Numbered from the whole stretch's first letter, positions 13,395-24,723 are shown. The stretch is DNA of 62,837 nucleotides, filler included, from 6 parts of 6 records of this genome joined end to end with filler, not necessarily neighbours in it, one strand, 5' to 3'. The notes: generated from the letters alone by a model not told the origin. Numbers and translations: made by a program.

Positions 13395-13649
13395 GTTTAC
13401 GTGCTCCCCCGATATGTAATGTCTATTATAATTTACAATGAACTACTTCTACTTATATGTTTTTTATATAACCATCTTTTAGCAGATTAAAAGCAGAATG
13501 TTTATATCATATTATTTTCGCTTTTTACAAAGTAGACACAGATTATCTTCCCTGTAAATAGCAAAACAGGTCATAAAAGCGAGATTTTAGTAGTGAAACA
13601 ATGGTGTAGCAACCGGATAGATTGCTTTACAAAAAAAAAAGAAGGGGAC

Positions 13650-14685
13650 TTATGTCCCACATTCCCAGCCACTCATGTAGGCTGACTGTTCCTCTGAAAG
13701 TTTATCAATGTTGATTCCCATTGACATGAGTTTCATCTCTGCAACTCCAATGTCAAGCTCACGTGGAACTCCATGTACTCCATCAGGTAACTTGTTTTCT
13801 GCAATGTATTTCACACAGAGTGCCTGGTTTGCAAAGCTCATGTCCATTACCTCTGCAGGATGTCCATCACCTGCTGCAAGATTCACAAGCCTGCCGTCTG
13901 CAAGCACATAAACACGCCTGTCCTTGAGCTTGTATTCCTTGATATTGTTCCTGACAGTCTTCACAGAGCTTGCCATTGCAAGAAGGTCTTCGAGATTGAT
14001 CTCAACATTGAAGTGACCTGCATTGGCCAGTATTGCTCCATCCTTGATGACCTCGAAATCTTCTCTCTTCAGAATATCCCTGTTACCTGTAGTAGTGAGG
14101 AATATATCGCCTATCTTTGCTGCTTCTTTCATAGGCATGACAGTGTTACCGTCCATACGTGCTTCAAGTGCCCTTATCGGGTCGATCTCAGTAACAATTA
14201 CATTTGCACCAAGTCCGCTTGCGCGCATTGCTGCACCCTTCCCACACCAGCCGTATCCGCCGATAACCACATTCTTACCTGCTACAAGGAGGTTGGTGGT
14301 CCTCATGATGCCATCCCATGCTGACTGGCCTGTACCGTAGCGGTTGTCGAAAAGGAACTTTGTCATTGCATCATTCACCGCGATGACTGGCATCTTCAGG
14401 GCACCGTCACGTTCCATTGCCTTGAGCCTGTGGATACCTGTTGTTGTTTCCTCACAGCCTCCAAGAATCTCAGGCAGGAAGTCTGTACGTTCTGTGTGAA
14501 GCTTGAAGATAAGGTCTGCACCGTCATCTATGGTAATGTCAGGTTCAAAGTCAAGGACCTGATCGATCGCCTCATAGTACTCCTCGGTACAGCAGTCATA
14601 TTTTGCAAAGCATTGGATGTTTTCCTTCTGGTGAAGTGCAAGGGAAACATCGTCCTGTGTACTTAACGGATTGCAACCTGCAATA
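13650..14685 (-). CDS. ahcY: S-adenosylhomocysteine hydrolase, 5'-truncated at contig end
   Basis: EETTTG upstream of the track start, [32 protein letters not shown]. Confidence 0.96.
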
Positions 14686-14785
14686 NNNNNNNNNNNNNNN
14701 NNNNNNNNNNNNNNNNNNNNNNNNNNNNNTTAATTAATTAANNNNNNNNNNNNNNNNNNNNNNNNNNNNNNNNNNNNNNNNNNNN
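14686..14785. other. Artificial contig linker
   Basis: N run, TTAATTAATTAA (stops in all six frames), N run; composition changes abruptly across it. Confidence 0.99.
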
Positions 14786-14786
14786 A

Positions 14787-15260
14787 GCAGGAGAAGCAGG
14801 AAAAGGATTTGCAGTAGTCGCAGAGGAGATAAGAAAATTGGCTGGAAATTCAAAAGGTATGGCAGAAGAAATAGAAAATAAAATAGTGGATATTTCGGAT
14901 AAAATTGACTCTACTGTTGAGAAATCAAATAAGAGTAGAAAAAAAGTATCAGGAATGATTGAGGAAATAGATAGGATAGAAACAATATTTACTCAAGTAA
15001 TGGAAGTACTACAAAATGTTATTAAATCAATAGAATTAATTTATGATAATACAAAAAATCAAACTAATGAGTTAAATCATTTAAGTCAGAACTCAGATGA
15101 AGTCAGACTTGCATTTGAAAATATATCAATAAGCATAGAGGAGATAGATCAAGCAATGCTAGACACAAGTAATTCTATTAGCGGGCTGGTTAATGTGGTA
15201 GAAAACTTAACGCAGACCTCAGAGGAGGTGAACCATTCTATAAATAAATTTAGTATATAG
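14787..15260 (+). CDS. Methyl-accepting chemotaxis protein, C-terminal fragment
   Basis: Frame from 14787 reads [19 protein letters not shown], the MCP hairpin tip. Confidence 0.93.
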   Translation, partial: AGEAGKGFAVVAEEIRKLAGNSKGMAEEIENKIVDISDKIDSTVEKSNKSRKKVSGMIEEIDRIETIFTQVMEVLQNVIKSIELIYDNTKNQTNELNHLSQNSDEVRLAFENISISIEEIDQAMLDTSNSISGLVNVVENLTQTSEEVNHSINKFSI

Positions 15261-15304
15261 TTTGTTATGGTGATTATTTTACAAAGAATTAAAATAGGAG
15301 GAAA

Positions 15305-16039
15305 ATGATGAAAAAATTAGGATTGGTTTTATTGATTATTATTAGTTGTGTGAGTTTTTCTCTAGATAGTGTAACTTTTACATCTGGAGATTGGGAGCCA
15401 TATGCGTCGAGTAAAAATGAAGATGGAAGAGTAGCGGAGATATTGATTGAAGAAGCATTGGAATTAGAGGGAGTTGAAGTAAAATATAGATATTTTCCAT
15501 GGAAAAGAAGTCTTGAAACTGCTAGAAAAGCAAAATCAGATGGAGCGATACTTTGGTTTAAAACAGATGAAAGAGAAAAAGATTTTTACTATAGTTCGGA
15601 AAGTATAATTGACTCAAAACATGTATTATTTCACAAAAATAGTCAAACTATCGATTGGAATAACTTAGATGATTTGAAAAATTACAAAATAGGGATTTCA
15701 ATAGGCCATAAAAGCGAAAAGGATTTAAAAGAAGCAGGTATTGGATACGATGCCTCTCCGGATTATAAAACATTATTTAAAAAGTTAGCTGCAGGAAGAC
15801 TTGATATTGTTATTTGCGAAGAGATAGTTGGGTATACTATTATGAAAGATAGCTTATCTGACAATCAGTTCATGCAGATAACTAATCATGAAAAACCAAT
15901 ATACTCTTCACCTTTATATTTACTTGTAGCTAAAAGTCATAAAGATGCTGAAACAATAGTTAATTCATTTGATAAAGGAATGAGTAGATTAAAAGAATCA
16001 GGGAATTACTCTGAAATTATAGACAAAGTAAAGAAATAG
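15305..16039 (+). CDS. Family 3 substrate-binding protein
   Basis: Signal peptide, WEPY, FPWKR, GRLDIVI pattern. Confidence 0.85.
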   Translation: MMKKLGLVLLIIISCVSFSLDSVTFTSGDWEPYASSKNEDGRVAEILIEEALELEGVEVKYRYFPWKRSLETARKAKSDGAILWFKTDEREKDFYYSSESIIDSKHVLFHKNSQTIDWNNLDDLKNYKIGISIGHKSEKDLKEAGIGYDASPDYKTLFKKLAAGRLDIVICEEIVGYTIMKDSLSDNQFMQITNHEKPIYSSPLYLLVAKSHKDAETIVNSFDKGMSRLKESGNYSEIIDKVKK

Positions 16040-16154
16040 ATGATTTAAGTTAGGGTATAGAAAAAACATTAATAAAAATTCAGACTGATGGGACGATAGA
16101 AAGAATTTATAATAATATACTAAATAGGAATGATTTATTTTTGGGAGTGTTGAT

Positions 16155-18146
16155 ATGAGTAGAGAGTTAATCATTACAAATGGTGAAGAGTGTATTGGGT
16201 GTAATGCCTGTATAGAAGCTTGTCCAGTAGATTTTGCAAATAAGTTATATAAAACAATTGACGAGGAATTAAAGGTTTCAATTAATACTGAGAACTGTAT
16301 TGCCTGTGGAGAATGTATAAAAGTATGTTCGCATGGTGCACGAGATTTTTATGATGATTCTGAAAAATTTTTATATGAGTTAAAAGCAAAAAATATAGAA
16401 GCTGTTGTTGTTGCACCTGCACTATTGATTAATTATCCTGATGAGTATAAGAAAGTATTTGCTTGGCTAAAAAAAAATGGAGTGGAGCATATATGGGATG
16501 TAAGTTTTGGAGCTGATATTACAACTGTTTTATATGTTAAAGCAATTAAAGAGTTAGATTTAAAAAATATTATAGCACAACCATGTAGGAGCGTCGTTTC
16601 CTCAATAGAACGATATTATCCTAATTTAATAGAGTTGCTAAGTCCTATTGGATCACCGATGCATTGTACTGCGGTATTTATGAAAGAAAATCAAAACATA
16701 AATAATATTTGGGGGATTTCACCTTGTATTTCAAAAGGTGTAGAGTTCGAAGCTCATGAAGCCATTAAAGGAAATGTTTCTTTTAAGACACTAATGAAAG
16801 CGTATAGAAAAGAATCAAAAGAGATAACTGATTATGTCGATTTTGATTCTCCCGAATCATTAGTTGGGTTTTGGTATCCAATTCCAGGTGGTCTAATGGA
16901 GGCAGTTGAACAAGTTTTTGGAAAACAGTATCATATAAAAAGAATTGAAGGTCCTAAAGTAGTGCAAAAATATTTGAAGGAGATTAATAACGATAAAGCG
17001 CAATTACCATTATTAATTGATATTTTAAATTGTACTGAAGGTTGTTCTGTTGGAACAGGAACGGAATACCACGGAAATCAAGTAGAAAATTTACCTTCAA
17101 TTGATGAAATGGATTATTCAATATATGTCAAAAGTAAAAATCTTTTTAAAGAGAATAAAAATCTCTTTAAAAGAAAATCCCCTAAAGACATTGTCAAATT
17201 ATTATATAATAAACTTGATTTAGAAACCTATACTGTTAAGTATAATAATAAAAATACTAGCTATATAGATCAAATTGAGAGTGCCAAAAAAAATATTGAA
17301 AATGGTTTTAACTCTTTACTTAAAATTGAAAATGTCGAAAGGAAACATGATTGTCCGGCATGTGGATTTAATTCCTGTGAAAAAGCTGCATTAGCAATAG
17401 AACTAAATTTAAATGTGCCTGAATCATGTAGAGAATATACTCGGAAAGTTGCGGAACAAGATCGACTAGAAGTTCTTGATAAAGTTGAACTTTTAGAGGA
17501 AGCATTCAATTTAATCAAGTCTTTTTCAAATAAAAATCAGGATTATATGGATGCAACATCAACGCTAACAACAGAACTTTCTTCTGAAGCAAGTAGTTTA
17601 TCAGATTCTAATTTTACAGTAATTTCAAGAGTGGAAAAAATGGTAGATGGAATTAAATCTTCAAATGAAACACTTAACAAAACATCAGAAAGTATAAAAA
17701 TCATAAAAAAAAGAGCTAAGGAATTAAATGTAATATCAAATACTATACAAGGAATTTCTGAACAAACAAATCTCCTAGCCTTAAATGCAGCTATTGAAGC
17801 CGCCAGAGCTGGAACAGCCGGAAAAGGCTTTGGTGTTGTTGCTGATGAAGTAAAAAAACTGGCAGAAAATACAAAAAGGGAAGTTGAAAAGATTAATCCT
17901 TTTGTTGATTGGATTCATAATAAAATATCAGATTTGGAATCAACTTTTGCACAGATTATTAAAAGGTCAAATGTCAACTTGGAGGATGCAGAAATAATAT
18001 ATTCATCAACAGAAGAAATTAATGCAACATTAGATGAACTGACAAATGAAATTACAGCACTAGCTGAAGATAACTCGAGACAAAAAAATGAAATGGAAGA
18101 AAACGAGAGAAAAGTATTTAGAATAAAAATGGAATTAGAGAAATAA
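16155..18146 (+). CDS. Soluble [FeFe]-hydrogenase-like sensor fused to an MCP signalling domain (group C2-like)
   Basis: Two CxxCxxCxxxC motifs, H-cluster-like motifs [13 protein letters not shown] and [12 protein letters not shown], an FeS domain [10 protein letters not shown], and [17 protein letters not shown]. Confidence 0.85.
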   Translation: MSRELIITNGEECIGCNACIEACPVDFANKLYKTIDEELKVSINTENCIACGECIKVCSHGARDFYDDSEKFLYELKAKNIEAVVVAPALLINYPDEYKKVFAWLKKNGVEHIWDVSFGADITTVLYVKAIKELDLKNIIAQPCRSVVSSIERYYPNLIELLSPIGSPMHCTAVFMKENQNINNIWGISPCISKGVEFEAHEAIKGNVSFKTLMKAYRKESKEITDYVDFDSPESLVGFWYPIPGGLMEAVEQVFGKQYHIKRIEGPKVVQKYLKEINNDKAQLPLLIDILNCTEGCSVGTGTEYHGNQVENLPSIDEMDYSIYVKSKNLFKENKNLFKRKSPKDIVKLLYNKLDLETYTVKYNNKNTSYIDQIESAKKNIENGFNSLLKIENVERKHDCPACGFNSCEKAALAIELNLNVPESCREYTRKVAEQDRLEVLDKVELLEEAFNLIKSFSNKNQDYMDATSTLTTELSSEASSLSDSNFTVISRVEKMVDGIKSSNETLNKTSESIKIIKKRAKELNVISNTIQGISEQTNLLALNAAIEAARAGTAGKGFGVVADEVKKLAENTKREVEKINPFVDWIHNKISDLESTFAQIIKRSNVNLEDAEIIYSSTEEINATLDELTNEITALAEDNSRQKNEMEENERKVFRIKMELEK

Positions 18147-18159
18147 ACCAAGGAGAATA

Positions 18160-19554
18160 ATGAGCGAATTTAAAAATCAAATTGGAAGTGATATTGATAT
18201 TGAAAAAGTTGATAGATTTATCAAAAAATACAGTAAAAATGATATTAGAAATGAATTAAGAAGCTTTATAATAATAAAAAATAATAAAATATTATTTGAA
18301 TATTGTAAGTCTCCATATAATATCAAAACGCCAACACATGTTTTTTCAGTAAGTAAAACTTTAACTGCGTTAGCTGTAGGCTTAGCTGAGAATGATGGCT
18401 TATTATCCGTTAATGATAGTATTAGTCCGTATTTTCTAGGAGAAATTGAGAATATTGATGAGTTCAAAAATATAAAAATAAAAGATCTTTTAACAATGTC
18501 AACAGGACAAATATATGACATGTTTGAAGAGAATGATTATGTAACTGGTATAAAAGACGAATGGGCAAAGAAGTTTTTCTCAATTCCTATTAAAGAAAAG
18601 ACAGGAGAATTTTTTAAATATAATACCGGAGCATCATATATTTTATCTATTATAATTCAAAAAATAACTGGAGAGTTACTAGTAGATTATATTTATAAAA
18701 ATCTTTTATTCAAAATGGGAATAGATAAACCACATTGGATTTTATCTCCAGAAGGATACTGTGCAGGTGGATTCGGAGCATTTATTACTCTAGAAGATAT
18801 GGTGAAACTAGGACTTCTTTTTTTAAATAAAGGAAAATGGAATAATGAGCAAATAATTTCTAAAGATTGGCTACAGAAATCAAGCTCTTTACAGTGTAAA
18901 ACAGATAACATAGAATTAGGTGACTACGCATTTGGATATGGATACCAAATGTGGATGGGGCGCGGGAACACTTACAAATTAGACGGTGCATATGGTCAAT
19001 TTTCAATTATTTTCCCAAATGATAATATGGTAATTGCTGTTACCTCGAGTATATCTGATAATACTAAAATGTTAGAAGATATTTATGATTTACTATATAA
19101 GGCAGTTTATTCCGATAAGACTGAATTAAATTCTGAAATTATTGATTGGAATGATTATTTTACTAATTCTCAAAATCTAGAAATTACCCCATCGTTAAGA
19201 AGATACAAAGTTGATAAAGATATTTTGGGCTTTAACGAAGTAATAATTGAGTTGAATAAAGACAAATTAGGATTTCAAATAGGGCAACAAAAGAAAATAT
19301 ATTTCAATTATTTTGAATGGTCAAAAACTAAAACATCAATAGATATTTTTGATGATAATATTTTGGTTAAAGGATACTGGGAAAATGAAGGCAAGTTTAA
19401 AGCAAGAATAAGATATGAGAAAACACCATTTATTATTGACTTTGATATTATTTTTTATGAGGATAATCGTATAATGCTAAATTTTTCTAAAAACTTACTT
19501 ACACCGATTGCCAGGGAATATATAGGTGTATTGATTGAGGAAATTCAACTCTGA
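18160..19554 (+). CDS. Serine hydrolase, beta-lactamase class C/esterase family
   Basis: SVSK (SxxK), LLTMSTG, FKYNT, GAYGQ. Confidence 0.85.
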   Translation: MSEFKNQIGSDIDIEKVDRFIKKYSKNDIRNELRSFIIIKNNKILFEYCKSPYNIKTPTHVFSVSKTLTALAVGLAENDGLLSVNDSISPYFLGEIENIDEFKNIKIKDLLTMSTGQIYDMFEENDYVTGIKDEWAKKFFSIPIKEKTGEFFKYNTGASYILSIIIQKITGELLVDYIYKNLLFKMGIDKPHWILSPEGYCAGGFGAFITLEDMVKLGLLFLNKGKWNNEQIISKDWLQKSSSLQCKTDNIELGDYAFGYGYQMWMGRGNTYKLDGAYGQFSIIFPNDNMVIAVTSSISDNTKMLEDIYDLLYKAVYSDKTELNSEIIDWNDYFTNSQNLEITPSLRRYKVDKDILGFNEVIIELNKDKLGFQIGQQKKIYFNYFEWSKTKTSIDIFDDNILVKGYWENEGKFKARIRYEKTPFIIDFDIIFYEDNRIMLNFSKNLLTPIAREYIGVLIEEIQL

Positions 19555-19715
19555 ACTACTGAATAATAGTTTAATTTTTATGTTTAACTTAATCTTTTGA
19601 AAGATGTGATTAAAATGAGCGAAATGATGGATATAATTAAAGAAATAGTTGATTTAAGTCAGGATAATAATTTTAATTATCAATTTTTACTTGTTAATTT
19701 TTTAGAGGAGGAATC

Positions 19716-20525
19716 ATGAAAAAAGAATTTAAATTAATATTAGTTGTATTTTTAATGGTGATTTTTCAAAGTATCAGTGCTGAACAAAGAAAATTTAGAA
19801 TTTATGCTTACGATAATGCTCCCTGGCATTTTCAACATCCTGGGACAAAAGAAGTAGTTGGAATAGTACCTGATATAATGAGAGAAATAGCAAAAGAATT
19901 AGATATTGATTTAAAATTTTATTTTGCTCCCGGTAAGAGATGCTGGGAAATGGTTTCAAGCGGAGAGGGAGAAATGATGCTTAGCCTTGCAGTAAAAGAG
20001 AGTAGAAAAGGTTTGATTTACTATGGTAATGAATCTATCTCAAGTGATGAGTTTGTATTCTTCGTTCATAAAGATCTAAAGAAATCAAATATAAAGGGAA
20101 CTATTCAGGATATGAAAAAATATAATCAAAAGATAGGAATTATTAGAGGAGCATCAGTTAATAAAGAGTTTTGGGAGGCATTTCCATATAAAGATGGAAC
20201 AACTTCATATAAAATAGATGGCGATGATTATAATGGTAGTATTCAGGCTGTTTCAAGTTATGTATTAGGTATGAGAATGGTCGGTAGAAGGAGAGAATTG
20301 AATTTTCTAGCTTTAAAAAATGCGGGCAGATATATCGCTAATCAAGAAGGAGTTGAAGTCGATTATTATGATTATCCACTGATTGAAAGAAAATACCCCA
20401 TTGCACTTTCAAAAAAATCTAAGTATCCCAACTTATTAAATTTAGCAGAAAAAATTGATAATGAATTAATAAAAATGAAACAAAATGGTTCATATAAAAA
20501 AATCATGGATGAATGGATAAGATAA
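19716..20525 (+). CDS. Family 3 substrate-binding protein
   Basis: Signal peptide, NAPW..GIVPDI, C-terminal MKQNGSYKKIMDEW. Confidence 0.8.
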   Translation: MKKEFKLILVVFLMVIFQSISAEQRKFRIYAYDNAPWHFQHPGTKEVVGIVPDIMREIAKELDIDLKFYFAPGKRCWEMVSSGEGEMMLSLAVKESRKGLIYYGNESISSDEFVFFVHKDLKKSNIKGTIQDMKKYNQKIGIIRGASVNKEFWEAFPYKDGTTSYKIDGDDYNGSIQAVSSYVLGMRMVGRRRELNFLALKNAGRYIANQEGVEVDYYDYPLIERKYPIALSKKSKYPNLLNLAEKIDNELIKMKQNGSYKKIMDEWIR

Positions 20526-20538
20526 AAATATATCAATA

Positions 20539-20578
20539 AAAAGAACAGGCAACCTTGAGATGGTTTGCCTGTTCTTTT
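20539..20578. terminator. Bidirectional intrinsic terminator
   Basis: AAAAGAACAGGCAA...TTGCCTGTTCTTTT between convergent genes. Confidence 0.85.
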
Positions 20579-20581
20579 AGT

Positions 20582-23515
20582 TTATTTAAATTCTGATGTA
20601 TAATCTATAAAGTCATTTAAGCTTAGCGGTTTACTGAAGAAAAATCCTTGTATGGTAATCTCTTCATTTTGGGATAAAATATCTAATTGTTCTGCTGTTT
20701 CCACACCTTCTACGACAGCTGATAGATTTAGTGAACTGGCCATATTTATAATTGTAGATACGAACTCTTTCTCGTCAGTTTTTCCCAGTTTATCAGTAAA
20801 GGTTTTATCAATTTTAAGACAATCAATAGGGAGTGTTCCTAATAGATTGAGCGATGAATAACCAGTACCAAAATCATCAATAGATATTTTTACTCCATAA
20901 CTTTTTATCTTTTCGAGTTTCTCTGTTATTTTTTTTATATTATTTTTGAATATTGACTCTGTAATCTCTAATTCAAGTTGCCAAGGAGCTATTCCGTTAT
21001 TTTCAACTGCAAATATTATATCACTGACAAAATTCTCATCCTCAAACTGTTTAACTGATACGTTAACCGCTAAAGAAGTTGGTAATCCTATTTTATTGAG
21101 ATTTGCAGCCATCTTACATGCTTCTGAAATTACCCATCTGCCTAGAGGAATGATTAAACCGCTATTCTCAGCTACTTTTATAAATTCAAAAGGAGGAATC
21201 AAATTACCGTTTCCATCTTTCATTCTAATTAATGCCTCTCCGCCTTGCATCAATTTAGTACCACTTTGAAATTTAATCTTAGGCTGAATATGCAATAGAA
21301 AATCATTATTAATTAAACCTTTTTTTATTTTTGATTCCATTTGGATTGCAGCTATATTTTTATCCTGAATCTCTTTTGAGTAGAAGCAATATCTGTTTTT
21401 ACCCAGTTCTTTTGCATTATACATTGCACTGTCTGCCTTCATGAGTAGGTCCTCTACTTCAGTTGAATCATCAGGTGCGATTACGATCCCTATACTGGCA
21501 CCTAAAAATAACTCAACATCATCTATTTGATAAGATTTCGATAGTTCTCGCAGAATTCTTTTAGCGACCAAATTCGGATTGGTATTACGATCAAAGTTTT
21601 CTAATAATATTATAAACTCGTCTCCTCCTAATCTTGAAACCGTATCAGTTGATTTAATAACACCTTTTATTCTTTTGGCAGCTTCTATCAGAACTTCATC
21701 TCCTTTAGAGTGCCCTAGAGTATCATTAACCATTTTAAACCCATCTAAATCAAGAAACATTAGAACTAACTCAACTTTGTTTCTTTTCACTTCTACAAGT
21801 GCTTTTTTTAGTATCTCCTTACAGAAAAATCTATTAGGAAGACCGGTTAAAGAATCATAATATGCCAGTTGTTTTACTTTCTCCTCTGTCCTTCTTAATT
21901 CAGATATATCTGAAAATAAGCCGATAAAATTAGTTGCCTTCCCTTGAGTATTTCTAATAATGTTAATAGAAAGCCAAACTGGAAATTGAGTTCCGTTTTT
22001 ACGAGGGAACCACACTTCACCCTTCCAAGTATTATTTTTTAGAAACTCATTCCATACTTTTACATAAAATGTTTTATAGTCATTATATAGACTAATCTCT
22101 CTTATATTCTTTCCTATTAGTTCATCTTTGGAGTAACCAGTGAATTCACAAAATGAATCGTTTATTTTTATGATATTTCTATCCAAATCAGTAATACATA
22201 CTCCGTCTGATGTTTGATTGATAATTTGTTCAGATAATAAAAGTTCATCATTTGCAGACTCCAGATCATTTTTTCTCTTAACAAATACTTTTCTTACATA
22301 ATTATTTAAAATATAAGCAGTTAAATAAAAACTGATTCTACCTATATGATCAACCACTGTAATATCAATAGTGTGAATTGGAAATCTGGTCATTATATTA
22401 AGTTCAAATATGATTGCCACTACTAAAATCAAAAAAGATAACAGTTTGATCTCAAATACAGAAGTGATAGTCATATAAATTATTGGAATTGCCCAAAGAA
22501 AATTCTGTAAATACTCAATTTTATCTCCACGAAATAGTAACTGTAATATCGAACCACACATTAATAGAACAAGTAAAATATCCTGTACTCTAACCGGCAT
22601 CCGCATCTTCGGCATATGATGTGTCAATGTTCCGAGTAAAATAAAAAAAGTACTTGAGAGCATAACTTGTGGTAGATTACTATAACTTTTTATTAAAGTA
22701 AAGAAAGTAAAAAATGATGTTAAGTAAAAGATAAAACCAATATCTTTATAGAAATTTTTTCGTAAAGATTTGGTGAGAATATCTTTTTCCTTAATTTTTT
22801 GTGTAGAAACTTCCAGAGTATTTTTACCATGTTTCTTTAAAAAAAGTTTAAATGTTAATAGTGCAATTAATAGATAAAAAGGCTCTAGTGCAGGTACCGG
22901 AACTCCGAATGTTTTTTTTATAAAAAAATCTACAATATTAGTTAATGCTAATAGTGATATAAAAACGATAGTATTTAATTGAACTGTTTTACGAAATTCT
23001 TTATTTTTACTTCTCCTATACATTATGAACATTATAGAAATAGTTGCAAAAACGAAAGTAAGATAATAAATTCTATAATACATATCAAATGGTGTAAACA
23101 TCTGGGTGTTTATCCATCCCAGGTTCGTTTCGACTAAGACAAACTCATTGTTTGCTATAGGTGAATATAATCCAAATAAGAATATATTGATCATAGCGGG
23201 GATATACATTATGATTGTTTTAATTCGATTTAATTTCTGTGCATAACCACTAAAATTTAACACAAAATGAAACAGAATAATGAATGAAGTTCCCCAACCT
23301 ATAGAGGCGAATCTTCTCCATAAAACAGCGGTTTCAGAACTGGTGTTTGCATTTGCAATTCCTAAAGCCTCACTCCAAATTGCAAAGGATAGGCATAGGA
23401 AAAAATATAATTGATTATTTTTATTTTTTACATTTCGAAGCAATACAGAAACTCCGTTAAAGAAAAAGAAAATAAATAAAATGTGATAACTAATAGTTAA
23501 TATAAATCGTCCCAT
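20582..23515 (-). CDS. Membrane (HisKA_7TM-like) PAS-GGDEF-EAL c-di-GMP enzyme
   Basis: Multiple N-terminal TM segments, PAS domain, intact GGDEF, EAL and DDFGTGYSSL motifs. Confidence 0.92.
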   Translation of the reverse strand: MGRFILTISYHILFIFFFFNGVSVLLRNVKNKNNQLYFFLCLSFAIWSEALGIANANTSSETAVLWRRFASIGWGTSFIILFHFVLNFSGYAQKLNRIKTIIMYIPAMINIFLFGLYSPIANNEFVLVETNLGWINTQMFTPFDMYYRIYYLTFVFATISIMFIMYRRSKNKEFRKTVQLNTIVFISLLALTNIVDFFIKKTFGVPVPALEPFYLLIALLTFKLFLKKHGKNTLEVSTQKIKEKDILTKSLRKNFYKDIGFIFYLTSFFTFFTLIKSYSNLPQVMLSSTFFILLGTLTHHMPKMRMPVRVQDILLVLLMCGSILQLLFRGDKIEYLQNFLWAIPIIYMTITSVFEIKLLSFLILVVAIIFELNIMTRFPIHTIDITVVDHIGRISFYLTAYILNNYVRKVFVKRKNDLESANDELLLSEQIINQTSDGVCITDLDRNIIKINDSFCEFTGYSKDELIGKNIREISLYNDYKTFYVKVWNEFLKNNTWKGEVWFPRKNGTQFPVWLSINIIRNTQGKATNFIGLFSDISELRRTEEKVKQLAYYDSLTGLPNRFFCKEILKKALVEVKRNKVELVLMFLDLDGFKMVNDTLGHSKGDEVLIEAAKRIKGVIKSTDTVSRLGGDEFIILLENFDRNTNPNLVAKRILRELSKSYQIDDVELFLGASIGIVIAPDDSTEVEDLLMKADSAMYNAKELGKNRYCFYSKEIQDKNIAAIQMESKIKKGLINNDFLLHIQPKIKFQSGTKLMQGGEALIRMKDGNGNLIPPFEFIKVAENSGLIIPLGRWVISEACKMAANLNKIGLPTSLAVNVSVKQFEDENFVSDIIFAVENNGIAPWQLELEITESIFKNNIKKITEKLEKIKSYGVKISIDDFGTGYSSLNLLGTLPIDCLKIDKTFTDKLGKTDEKEFVSTIINMASSLNLSAVVEGVETAEQLDILSQNEEITIQGFFFSKPLSLNDFIDYTSEFK

Positions 23516-23622
23516 TTAAATCACCTTTATATTTTTTTATTATATATATAGTTAAATATACAAAATTTTAAACAAATTCCTCTAAATAATCCTTTCTATA
23601 TAAATTTTAATTAGTTTCTTAT

Positions 23623-23722
23623 NNNNNNNNNNNNNNNNNNNNNNNNNNNNNNNNNNNNNNNNNNNNTTAATTAATTAANNNNNNNNNNNNNNNNNNNNNN
23701 NNNNNNNNNNNNNNNNNNNNNN
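23623..23722. other. Artificial contig linker
   Basis: N/TTAATTAATTAA/N. Confidence 0.99.
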
Positions 23723-24097
23723 GTGTTCATCGGAAAAACGCTGAAGTAAAAACGAAAAAAGCAGAACGTGGGCAGATCCTCTCTGAACCCTCCCTTACAT
23801 CATCTCTCCCAAAAACAATTCTTGCCCACGTTCAACTCTTCAGTATTTGTTCTATAAATCGATATTTTGAAAAGCTGGTACTATAATAGTAACATAGCAA
23901 CATTGTAGACTTTTATTTTTTGTAATTTTATACAGAATTTTGTAGTTCAGTATAGTGTTAGATAGCAGAATAGTGGAGTAAAGAAGTGGAGACAAAACAT
24001 TGGACAGATTCCATTTTGGATTTACTGTCCCCGTATGATTCATCTCCACTTATGGAAGAAGTTGTGCGTTTATTCAGGTACTTTTGCCTGGATGTTC

Positions 24098-24497
24098 TCA
24101 CATGACTGCGAGTTCAAAATTCTCCGCATTCGCATTCATATTTGGCATCCTCTGTTCTATTTTCGGAGCATCGTCCAATGGAGTTTTTCCAGTGTCCGGC
24201 ACATTCTTCAAACCATAGAGGCTTTGTCGTGCATCCTTGAAATAGAACCTTTCCTGCAGGAAATCCTCGTCCTTCAGTCTGCCTAGTGCATATCTGATGG
24301 TACGTGGAGGCAGGTAACTTTGTTCAGCAATCTCCTTCTGTGTAAGGAGTCCGCCATATTCGAGAACCTTAAAGACTAGTTTTGCAGAAGGTGGAAGTCC
24401 TTCTATTGTCTTTCTGACATCCCTGCCTTTTTGTTTTTCAATATCCTTAGTTATCTGTGCTTTTTCTCTGTAAGTATCAACAAAAGCGATCCCTCAT
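24098..24497 (-). CDS. Archaeal MarR-like winged-helix regulator, missing from the ORF track; its ATG is out of frame by one base
   Basis: Frame 24490-24098 reads LPPSAKLVFKVLEYGGLLTQKEIAEQSYLPPRTIRYALGRLK..DARQSLY. The SD-preceded ATG at 24497 gives MRDRFC-stop in another frame. Confidence 0.8.
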
Positions 24498-24547
24498 TTT
24501 ATATTTCTCCTCTTTGTTTTTGAGTATAAATTATTTGACATATAACT

Positions 24548-24576
24548 CTTCACGATTGTGAAGTAACAATTGTGAA
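24548..24576. promoter_or_regulatory. Tandem palindromic operator-like sites
   Basis: CTTCACGATTGTGAAG followed by GTAACAATTGTGAA in the divergent intergenic region. Confidence 0.55.
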
Positions 24577-24723
24577 ATTGTATTGATTTCATATATAATT
24601 GTCGATAAAAAAATCTGTTAAAAATGCTCTGTAGTAATTTTCTGTTTATAGTTATAATGCAGGTCTATTTTACCTTATCATATACTTATATATCAGAACC
24701 TGCGAAATTGTGTTTGATAATAT

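Noticed and set aside
14730-14741. Recurring TTAATTAATTAA palindrome
   Set aside because: Always embedded in N runs; it is an artificial six-frame-stop linker, not a biological repeat.
18160-19554. Possible beta-lactam resistance gene
   Set aside because: SxxK hydrolase without a signal peptide; more like a cytoplasmic esterase/amidase, so resistance cannot be claimed.
24035-24286. 83-aa plus-strand ORF in the track
   Set aside because: Antisense to the recognisable wHTH regulator frame.
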